A program made the translations under genes and the position numbers. From an uncultured Gammaproteobacteria bacterium (GTDB lineage: Bacteria > Patescibacteriota > Patescibacteriia > UBA9934 > GWF2-40-263), in NCBI GenBank assembly GCA_964399675.1, contig CAYNRK010000006.1, positions 1,886-65,885 of the forward strand: a stretch of 64,000 nucleotides of DNA, in the 5' to 3' direction. A model generated the notes under the pieces. That model saw only the letters and a list, made by a program, of their open reading frames with translations, made no database searches and had not been told where the DNA came from. Shown here in pieces: positions 56,608 through 64,000 of this stretch. Positions within the stretch are counted from its first letter, which is position 1. Every line of letters begins with the position of its first letter.

Positions 56608-59600
56608 CTATTTAGTCCAGGTTTCAGCACCAAGAGGAAGGTTCTTAACTTTGTAGCTTGAGAACCAGTCACCTCCATCGGTGTCACCTGAGTAGTCTGC
56701 CATATTATCTTGGTGGGTCGAACTTGAGAAGTCAGACCAGATAATATTCTTGAGCACTGCGTCTGCATCAGCTGTTTCTGAACAGTCGTTTGAAGACTCA
56801 GCGAGCAACTGATCAATAGTTGCCACTTCTGTGTCATCGTTCAAACAAACAAGTGTTGTAAGATTTGTGTTACTTGTATCACCTGTCAGATACATTGAGA
56901 AGTAGTCTGTGTTGTTTGAAGATGATGCGTCAGTTACGTTGAATCCTTGTGGTGTTCCACGGACAACATAAGTAACAGTCTCACCAGCACTGATAACCTC
57001 TTCAGTGGCCCATGAGATAAATAGGTCTTCGTCACCCTCAAGCAATCCGCTTGTAGACTCGACCGTATTTGCATCCTCTTCTTGCAACAGAACGCTATCT
57101 GTAATATCAGATCCATTCTTATACAACTTCATGGATTCGACCTCAAGTGTGTCTCCAGCACCACCACCATCAGTCCAACTAACTGTAAAGTTCACTTGCT
57201 TAAGAGCAATAGAACCTTGTGAGTCGGCTGTTACGGTGAACTTGTAAAGATCAGTTGCCTGGCCGTTTACAAGAGTGCTGTTTGTTAGATCAACATGTGA
57301 GAATGTTGGAAGACTCTTCCATACACGAATCTCATTACCATCACGGTCTGTTGCAGCAGCTGATTGCTGTACACCCTGACCGTTGGCGTAGGTTACTGAG
57401 TCAAGTGTAAGTGCTGAGTTTGCAGCAACTGATGCACCACCGGATCCAATGGTTCCAAACAATAGTTTACCGGTTAGAACCTTATAGGAGTTGGTTGGCA
57501 CTTCAATACTTAGACCTGAGATAAGAGCTGCACCGTTTGCAACACTGTCCCCGCTAGTCTGGTTAAAGACTGCTGTTCCAAGCAATTCGTCTCCATCATA
57601 TAGACGTGCCTCTGTTGGCACACCTACAGCACCAGAAGCAACTGAGAGTTGAACTTTGCTGATTGTGAAGGAGTCGTTTGTTGCTGTAAATCGGTACTTA
57701 GCAGCTGTTACTTCTTGTCCACCAGCAGTTGCAAATGCAACTGGTGAAGAACCGTCAAGAGATGTTGCAAAGGTACCAGAACTCATATAAGTGATGGTCT
57801 GACCTTCTTTGTCTGATCCACTTACAGAAGCAGCGGCCTCAGATGTTGTTCCGCTTACATCAAGCTCTGCTTTCAATGTGTCCGCACCGTCAGTTCCGTC
57901 GGCTGCGTCATCTCCTACGTCAGCGTAAGCATCAACGTAGATTGTTTCACCTTTAGCAAGTAGGTAGTTGATTGACCAACTGTTTGCTGTTGTAACAGTC
58001 CCCTTAATTGTTGAGGTTGTCTGATCTCCAGCAGGACCATACTTAATGTAAAGGTTTGTGTAGTCAGCAGTTGCAAGTGCTGCACCTGCGTCATCGTCAG
58101 CATCAAAGTCAACGTTGATTGTGTTGAGGTTGATGTCTTCTGTTGTTCCAGCGTATACAGTCCATGAACCTACCTTGTACTCAACAAGAGGGTCTACAAC
58201 TGTTTGGTTAGCATAAGCTGTGTTCTTAGCAACAGTAAGGGCTCCTTGCTTAATTGTAAGCTGGTTAGCACTTACAGCTGCAGCAGGTCGACTTACGTAA
58301 TCTCCGGTTGTCATTCTATATACGTTGTTTGTAGCTGCGTGTGCAGGAATAGAAGCGGTAATCTTATCCTCTGCATCAGCAGTTGCTGTAATACTATCTG
58401 TTCCGTCGTTGTCGTAAACGTCAGCGCGGACTTCAAGTGTTACTGGTGTTCCTGGGTACACAACAAGGGATGAACCAAATGTGTACTCAGTGTATGCAGT
58501 TGCTTGAGAGTCCTCATTCAGTGTTGATGTGCTTCCGACTTGTGTGCCATCAGCATAAACAGCACCGTTTCGAAGACTTCCAATATCGTCGTCTGCAGCA
58601 TCATTAGTGTCAACAGCAGTGAATGTAAAGCGCAAGCTTTCGATCTTCAAATTCTCACCAAAAGCTTTTACTTCATACTTACCAAGTGTTGCACCGGATG
58701 CGGTGTTTGTTATGTCTCCAGATGGAGATGTTGACATCTTTGTGAACGTCAATGTTCCACTGTTTACTGTTTGTGCACCAGCTGAACGTGCGCTAAATGT
58801 TGTACTGTTAGCCAAAACTAGATCAGCTTGACCATAGTCTTCGTCAACAAATACAGCGTCAGCTGCATCACGCAATGTCATGGTGATTGTACGACCAGAT
58901 CCACCAGTGACGTCTGCTAGTACTTTTACTACATGGTTTCCAGTATTCAATCTAACTGGATCGGCTGATAAATCAAAGGTGACATAGCCATCGCCATTTT
59001 GTTGTGCAACAGCTGAACCTTTCATTACACCAGCAACATACAAACGGAAGTTTCCAACATCAGCTTTAGCAATAGAGCCGATGTTTCGGAATCGAAGTGT
59101 GTGCAATAAAGCTTCGTTTGTTGTCACACTTACTGTGTTCTGCCATACATTCAAGTCAGCTTGTGCATCAACACTTGCCGCTGATGGGGTTGTGCTTGAA
59201 GCAAAAGAAATTGAAGTAAATGTACTTGGAGCAGAAGCAATTGTGTGTGTTGCGCCTGAAATTGGGAATGAACCTGCTGCAGCGTATGAACCGGAGAATC
59301 CGATATCAGATGCTGCTGCGAGTTGTACACCAACTGTTTGGCCAGATGTGCTTGCTGCAATGTTTGATCGAACAGAAACTGTCAAGGTTGATCCTGCTGG
59401 GACTGTAAAGAGTCCTGCTGAATCATTCCAAGTAGCTCTTCCACTTGATAGTGTTGCTGAATCACTTGTTCGGACCCAACCTTCAAACAAATACATGTTA
59501 GAAGTTGTACTATCTGATGAAACACCTGTTCGGTTTACTGCAAAACTTGTTACTACGACGTCAGCACTTGTTGAGTTTGTGAAGTCATAAGAAGCAAGAT

Positions 59601-60405
59601 GTGCAAGACCTTGGCTTTCAAGCAATGTTGAAGCTGATGGTGAGCTTGCTGAGAGACCGACTGAAACGTCTTGTGACTCTGCATAAGTTGTTGTCTCAAC
59701 CATTTGAGCTGCGTCAGTCAAGTTTGACTCCTTAGCTGCAAGGTCGGTTCCTGAAGTAAGTCCTGAAAGGCTAACTCCAGTTCCTGAGAGGACGAATCCG
59801 CTCTGGTATCCGTTTGCTGACATACCAGCGCTTGACACTTTACGTGCTGAACCGTCGGTAATCAGGTAATTGTCGGTTCCATCTGACCAAAGCATTCCTT
59901 CGTATCCGTCAGAAGCGTCAGTCAATGAATCTCCAACCGTGTAGTCTACGAAGAATACATCTGGAACATCATCGATGAACGTGTTCCAACTGTCTCCGGC
60001 AAGGCCGACTGCAGTTGCCTCATCCTCAACCCAATGGATTGATCCGTCTGAGGAAGTTGCATAAACCTTGTCATCACTCGAAATTTTAACCCATCGTGCA
60101 CCAGGTCGGTAAACAATGTTTCCTGCGAGTGTGATGTCTGCGAGCTCTTCGTCTGTAATAGTTACAACGCCACTAAAGTCGCTGTACCATGTGAAGAACG
60201 TCTTTTCGTTTGGAAAAGAATATCGTTGACCATCTGAACCGTAGTAATAAACAGTTGAAAGGGTCTCACCCTTAATCAAGTCGCCGAATGAAGCGGCTGC
60301 AGCTTGTTGTGGGATGAATGCTGTGAGCCCAACAGTCCAAAAGACCATTGCTGCACCAACAGCGAGAACGACTGTATTCTTTGCCAATCGTAATGAATTA
60401 CTCAT
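56608..60405 (-). CDS. Large Thr/Ser/Ala/Asp-rich secreted S-layer-like protein
   Basis: Signal peptide ending AAAA, N-terminal VYYY..DG.RY.FPNEKTFFTWY domain and repeated Ig-like segments. Confidence 0.75.
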   Translation of the reverse strand: MSNSLRLAKNTVVLAVGAAMVFWTVGLTAFIPQQAAAASFGDLIKGETLSTVYYYGSDGQRYSFPNEKTFFTWYSDFSGVVTITDEELADITLAGNIVYRPGARWVKISSDDKVYATSSDGSIHWVEDEATAVGLAGDSWNTFIDDVPDVFFVDYTVGDSLTDASDGYEGMLWSDGTDNYLITDGSARKVSSAGMSANGYQSGFVLSGTGVSLSGLTSGTDLAAKESNLTDAAQMVETTTYAESQDVSVGLSASSPSASTLLESQGLAHLASYDFTNSTSADVVVTSFAVNRTGVSSDSTTSNMYLFEGWVRTSDSATLSSGRATWNDSAGLFTVPAGSTLTVSVRSNIAASTSGQTVGVQLAAASDIGFSGSYAAAGSFPISGATHTIASAPSTFTSISFASSTTPSAASVDAQADLNVWQNTVSVTTNEALLHTLRFRNIGSIAKADVGNFRLYVAGVMKGSAVAQQNGDGYVTFDLSADPVRLNTGNHVVKVLADVTGGSGRTITMTLRDAADAVFVDEDYGQADLVLANSTTFSARSAGAQTVNSGTLTFTKMSTSPSGDITNTASGATLGKYEVKAFGENLKIESLRFTFTAVDTNDAADDDIGSLRNGAVYADGTQVGSTSTLNEDSQATAYTEYTFGSSLVVYPGTPVTLEVRADVYDNDGTDSITATADAEDKITASIPAHAATNNVYRMTTGDYVSRPAAAVSANQLTIKQGALTVAKNTAYANQTVVDPLVEYKVGSWTVYAGTTEDINLNTINVDFDADDDAGAALATADYTNLYIKYGPAGDQTTSTIKGTVTTANSWSINYLLAKGETIYVDAYADVGDDAADGTDGADTLKAELDVSGTTSEAAASVSGSDKEGQTITYMSSGTFATSLDGSSPVAFATAGGQEVTAAKYRFTATNDSFTISKVQLSVASGAVGVPTEARLYDGDELLGTAVFNQTSGDSVANGAALISGLSIEVPTNSYKVLTGKLLFGTIGSGGASVAANSALTLDSVTYANGQGVQQSAAATDRDGNEIRVWKSLPTFSHVDLTNSTLVNGQATDLYKFTVTADSQGSIALKQVNFTVSWTDGGGAGDTLEVESMKLYKNGSDITDSVLLQEEDANTVESTSGLLEGDEDLFISWATEEVISAGETVTYVVRGTPQGFNVTDASSSNNTDYFSMYLTGDTSNTNLTTLVCLNDDTEVATIDQLLAESSNDCSETADADAVLKNIIWSDFSSSTHQDNMADYSGDTDGGDWFSSYKVKNLPLGAETWTK

Positions 60406-60552
60406 AATTTGTTTTTTCCTTTTTCCCGTATAGGGATTAGTTTCAAATTAGTAGACAGCGACGCAAAACGCCTCGACCTTTTTAGCTAACTACGAATTAA
60501 TAAGGTGACCTCTCCATTACAATTTAATGAAGAAGTGAAGAAAGCATCGTTC

Positions 60553-61413
60553 TTATTGAACGAGACTCATTTCAAGTTCTTTTAACACTTGGAACGCGCG
60601 TCTGTAAGCACTCTCTTTTTGTAATGCTTTTGCAAGCTCAATTTTCTTTGTTTGTTCTGTGCTTAACTTAATCTCATCATAAGCTGCAAGCTGCTTATTA
60701 AATTCCGTTTCAAGCTCCTTTGCTGAATCTTCGTCTTGTGAAACTTCATGTGTTGTAATAATAACTTCTACTGCCTGCTCTTTTGTGTTATCAATAATCT
60801 CCTGAACTTCTGCCACCTCTTCCTCTGTAAGACCGGCTGAAGCCTGAACTGTTGTTTTATAAACCTCGGTTTTGCGACCTACCACTTTTGCAAGTTCAGC
60901 ATTTTCTCCACCCATCTCCTCTTTAATATTAACTACATTTTGTTTAAACTTTGAAACAGCAAGCTGAATGGCTTGAACACGATCTGATCGTGTGGATGCT
61001 GAAAGCGTAACCATTTCTTCAAGACGACGATTAGCAAATTCGATTTGAAGCTCTGTATTTTGTTCTGGTGTAAGAGCGATTGCTAATCTTACACGCTCCA
61101 TACTTAGTTTAACCGGATACAGCCTTTCACCCGGAAGAGCTTGATAGGAAGCGTTGACTGCTGAAAACCAACCAGTGAACAAAAGAACGAACACAGCAAG
61201 ACTTGCTGCCATTGGCTTAAGTGCTGCGTGTGCAAATTGCCAAATATAATATTCGGTATAATCTCTAAATCCGTAAGAAGTCTTTTCGTTGTTTTTTGGA
61301 AAATCAAAATCTCCCGCAAACTTGTTCCACATCTTTGCAGTATCAATACCACCACCAAGTTCTGGTGCATCTTTCATTGACTCTAGTAGTTTTGTAAATT
61401 CATGATCTTTCAT
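60553..61413 (-). CDS. DUF5667-domain membrane protein (putative anti-sigma)
   Basis: TM, then ALPGE.LYPVK...E and A.RRL.E. Coupled to the ECF gene. Confidence 0.8.
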   Translation of the reverse strand: MKDHEFTKLLESMKDAPELGGGIDTAKMWNKFAGDFDFPKNNEKTSYGFRDYTEYYIWQFAHAALKPMAASLAVFVLLFTGWFSAVNASYQALPGERLYPVKLSMERVRLAIALTPEQNTELQIEFANRRLEEMVTLSASTRSDRVQAIQLAVSKFKQNVVNIKEEMGGENAELAKVVGRKTEVYKTTVQASAGLTEEEVAEVQEIIDNTKEQAVEVIITTHEVSQDEDSAKELETEFNKQLAAYDEIKLSTEQTKKIELAKALQKESAYRRAFQVLKELEMSLVQ

Positions 61414-61948
61414 AAAGATCTTTGAGTTTTTTGAATGCTCTGTGCAACATCACTGCTGTTGCATTGTCTGTCTTTCCAATGTGTTGGGCAATATCTTTAA
61501 CGCGATAACCATCTAAATGTCTCATTACAATTACCTCTTGTTCTTCTTCTGGAAGCTTTTTAATGAGTTTGAGCATGAACCCTGCGTCTACCTGATCCAT
61601 TATTCTCTCAGCAGTGACTTTAGACGGAATTGGTAAAGGTTCTCCGGTTTCGTACTCAATTGAAGTTATTTCAACTTTTGAATGTTTTCTGTAGTGCTCA
61701 GCAACAGTGTTTCTGGCGATTGTGTAAAGAAGTCCGGAAAAATGTTTTACCTCTGTGCGAGTGATGTAATTCCATGTCTGAATGAGCACCTCAGAATAAC
61801 AGTCTTCTGCATCGTGTGTTCTACGTAATCTCATCGACAAAAAACGCATGAGTGCGCTGCTATGCTTATCAACCAAGCTGGCAAATGCTGACTTGTCGTT
61901 GAAAGCTCTAATTCTCAGCAATAGAAATTGTTCTCTCTTGTCAGACAC
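61400..61948 (-). CDS. ECF RNA polymerase sigma factor
   Basis: DAED, F...LYTIARN and LP...QEVI.MR...G....DIA..IGK...A....LHRA. Confidence 0.9.
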   Translation of the reverse strand: MSDKREQFLLLRIRAFNDKSAFASLVDKHSSALMRFLSMRLRRTHDAEDCYSEVLIQTWNYITRTEVKHFSGLLYTIARNTVAEHYRKHSKVEITSIEYETGEPLPIPSKVTAERIMDQVDAGFMLKLIKKLPEEEQEVIVMRHLDGYRVKDIAQHIGKTDNATAVMLHRAFKKLKDLYERS

Positions 61949-62034
61949 AGTGTTGAAGTTAATGAAAAAGTATTACAGAACGAAGGAAGAATACGCTAAC
62001 CTAAGATAAAAATCAAGGGCAACACATGACAAAC

Positions 62035-62120
62035 TTGACAAACTACTATTTTTTGGCTACACTAGTGTGGACAAACAACATTATCCACACAGTGTCACCT
62101 GGTGACAGTAACCAGGTTAC
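62035..62120 (+). promoter_or_regulatory. Promoter with DnaA-box-like sites and tandem palindromic operators
   Basis: TTGACA-17-TACACT, TTATCCACA at 62081-89, TGTCACC-T-GGTGACA and GTAACC-A-GGTTAC. Confidence 0.65.
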
Positions 62121-62148
62121 ACCTTTAACACCTCATTACAATACATTT

Positions 62149-62439
62149 ATGAAACCAGTTATTCGACTTTCTGTCTCTGAAGCAGCCAAACTGTTTGGTG
62201 TAAGCCAAAGAACGGTTCGTCGTGCAATCAAAGACCAAGAAATCACGTATGTGGTAGTTCAGGGTCGATACAAAATCAACTTTGAATCACTTCTCCGTTG
62301 GTCACAGCGCACAACAACCATTCGAAACAAAAGAGACAAACATGGGATTGGTCAGTTTGTAAACCAGTGGAACATGAAAAACAAACTATTCTCACCAAAC
62401 CCAAAAAGTATTGATCAAGCCGGGGAGGAAGCAAATTAA
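62149..62439 (+). CDS. Excisionase/MerR-like HTH DNA-binding protein
   Basis: LSVSEAAKLFGVSQRTVRRAI.......GRYKI. Confidence 0.85.
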   Translation: MKPVIRLSVSEAAKLFGVSQRTVRRAIKDQEITYVVVQGRYKINFESLLRWSQRTTTIRNKRDKHGIGQFVNQWNMKNKLFSPNPKSIDQAGEEAN

Positions 62440-62444
62440 TTTCT

Positions 62445-64000
62445 ATGAAGCGCTCTCTGATCATTTTTCTGGTCAGCGTCATTCTGTACGGGCTTATTCC
62501 GGGACAAACACTTGCTTTTACAGATGACAAAGAGTTCGTTCGAACAGCGAACTATTTTTTGTTATCTGGAAAACATTTAGAGGGCGAAACGCGCGTTCAA
62601 ACACTTGCTTCATTTGACTTACTTGTAATCCCTGTTGAAGCTCAAATTTATAACAAACCATTTTTTACTCACGCGCGTCAGCTCAATCCAGATATTATCA
62701 TTCTACCTTATATTGCAACTGTGAGTTGGAACGATCTTTATTGGAACGATCCTCTTCACCAAAAACTTTACAAAGGCATAACAAATGACATGTGGCTAAA
62801 AAACGGATCTGGAAAACAAACATCTGTCTGGTCAAATACACGCGCCCTTAATCTAAACACCAAATGGAAAACTCACCTTGCCCACTTTGTAAAAAATAGT
62901 GTTCTGTCCTCTGGGCTTTGGGATGGTGTTTTTTATGATGAGGTTCAAGACTCAATTAGCTGGCTGGGATCGGTTGATGTTAACAAAGATGGTAACAATG
63001 ATTCACGATCTCAAGCAGACTCGCTTTGGGCAAAAAATTATAAGGAACTATTTTCAATTACACGAAGCTTACTTGGTGACAATGAAATTATTGTGATTAA
63101 CGGAAGCTCAAACAAAGAATTTGCTCCGTACTTAAACGGACGCATGTTTGAAACTTTTTCATCTAATAATTCCAAAATGTCTGACTGGAGCGAGCAAGCC
63201 GGCGAGTACCTTGAACTGGAAAAAGACGCTGGATTTGAACCAATCAATATCCTCAACGTAAACACAGGAAATACTGGAAACAAAAATGATTATCAAAAAG
63301 TTCGATTCGGAATCACCACCACTCTTTTGGGAGATGGTTATTTCTCTTTTGATCACGGAACACAAAGCCATGCTCAAACCTGGACCTATGACGAGTTCAC
63401 GGCCCATCTAGGGGCCCCAAAAACCTCTCTACACAACACAGTAAATCCTCAAAATGGAACTCTTGCAGCTTCCCTTCTCTATCGCGACTTTGAGCAAGGC
63501 AAGGTTTTGGTTAACGCCACAAACTCAACACAACAAGTTCTTCTTGACGGTGAGTATGAAAAAATCCACGGCACACAGGATCCGTTTGTAAATGATGGTT
63601 CGATTATCTCAGAAGTTACACTTAGCCCAAAGGATGGGATTATTCTTTTGCGTCCAATTGAAAAAATCACCAACTCTACATTTTTGAATGGTTCATTTGC
63701 ACGAATTTTCTCAAAGGACGGGGATACAAAGCGAACCGGTTTCTTTGCGTATGAAAGCTCTCAGCATGGTGGAACACAAGTAAACATGTTTGATCTTGAT
63801 CTTGATGGTAAACTAGAAATGGTAGTTGCTGGAAAAACATGGGTTGAGATTTATGATGACAACGGCGATTTACACGCACGCTTTGCTCCATATACCGAAA
63901 CCTACGACCAAGGTATAAATATATCTGTTGGTGATATTGAAAGTGATGGGTCTATTGAGATTGTAACTGGAACAGAAAATGGTGGCGGCCCGCAAGTTCG
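62445..64000 (+). CDS. Secreted putative glycoside hydrolase (TIM barrel) with FG-GAP repeats, runs off window end
   Basis: Manual translation MKRSLIIFLVSVILYGLIPGQTLAF...WDGVFYDE...RFGITTTLLGDGYFSFD...WTYDE...GDIESDGSIEIVTGTENGGGPQV. Confidence 0.75.
   Translation, partial: MKRSLIIFLVSVILYGLIPGQTLAFTDDKEFVRTANYFLLSGKHLEGETRVQTLASFDLLVIPVEAQIYNKPFFTHARQLNPDIIILPYIATVSWNDLYWNDPLHQKLYKGITNDMWLKNGSGKQTSVWSNTRALNLNTKWKTHLAHFVKNSVLSSGLWDGVFYDEVQDSISWLGSVDVNKDGNNDSRSQADSLWAKNYKELFSITRSLLGDNEIIVINGSSNKEFAPYLNGRMFETFSSNNSKMSDWSEQAGEYLELEKDAGFEPINILNVNTGNTGNKNDYQKVRFGITTTLLGDGYFSFDHGTQSHAQTWTYDEFTAHLGAPKTSLHNTVNPQNGTLAASLLYRDFEQGKVLVNATNSTQQVLLDGEYEKIHGTQDPFVNDGSIISEVTLSPKDGIILLRPIEKITNSTFLNGSFARIFSKDGDTKRTGFFAYESSQHGGTQVNMFDLDLDGKLEMVVAGKTWVEIYDDNGDLHARFAPYTETYDQGINISVGDIESDGSIEIVTGTENGGGPQV

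Noticed and set aside
62149-62439. Prophage/ICE boundary suggested by excisionase-like HTH
   Set aside because: No integrase, att site or phage genes nearby.
1-64000. Alternative genetic code (UGA=Gly as in Gracilibacteria/Absconditabacteria)
   Set aside because: Conserved genes are full length under code 11, and TGA ends genes such as hflX and rfbB-adjacent NUDIX at expected positions.

Overview
AT-rich bacterial chromosome segment in the standard genetic code. Gene content and style point to Patescibacteria/CPR, probably ABY1/Uhrbacteria-like (inference). The core content is: murF and a class B PBP; a B12-dependent class II ribonucleotide reductase (nrdJ) with tandem NrdR boxes, next to a NUDIX-CobA fusion; hflX, rpmB, HU, riboflavin kinase and CtpA; a dTDP-sugar/glycosyltransferase region; two S8/FG-GAP proteases; a large S-layer-like protein; and an ECF sigma/DUF5667 pair. 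Five things stand out. (1) Two short wHTH + Cas2-like (PaaX-like) genes are each tightly bracketed by their own 24-42 bp loopless palindromes, with further solo palindromes of the same style elsewhere. This is the best candidate for an undescribed system. (2) An intact ISL3/ISAon1-type element (26-bp IRs, 8-bp TSD) splits what reassembles into a compact tRNA/tmRNA-like RNA with a G3-U70 pair on a long G-U-rich stem. (3) Six GC-richer stand-alone genes each have a TTGAC(A/G)-17bp promoter and a purine-rich RBS; one has a tandem-hairpin leader and two encode NDP-hexose 2,3-dehydratase-like domains. (4) There are at least five families of dispersed palindromic repeats/MITEs. (5) Two tandem paralogs are built from HicB-like modules. 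No CRISPR array, rRNA or canonical tRNA was recognised. All family calls come from motif recognition by eye; no searches were run.
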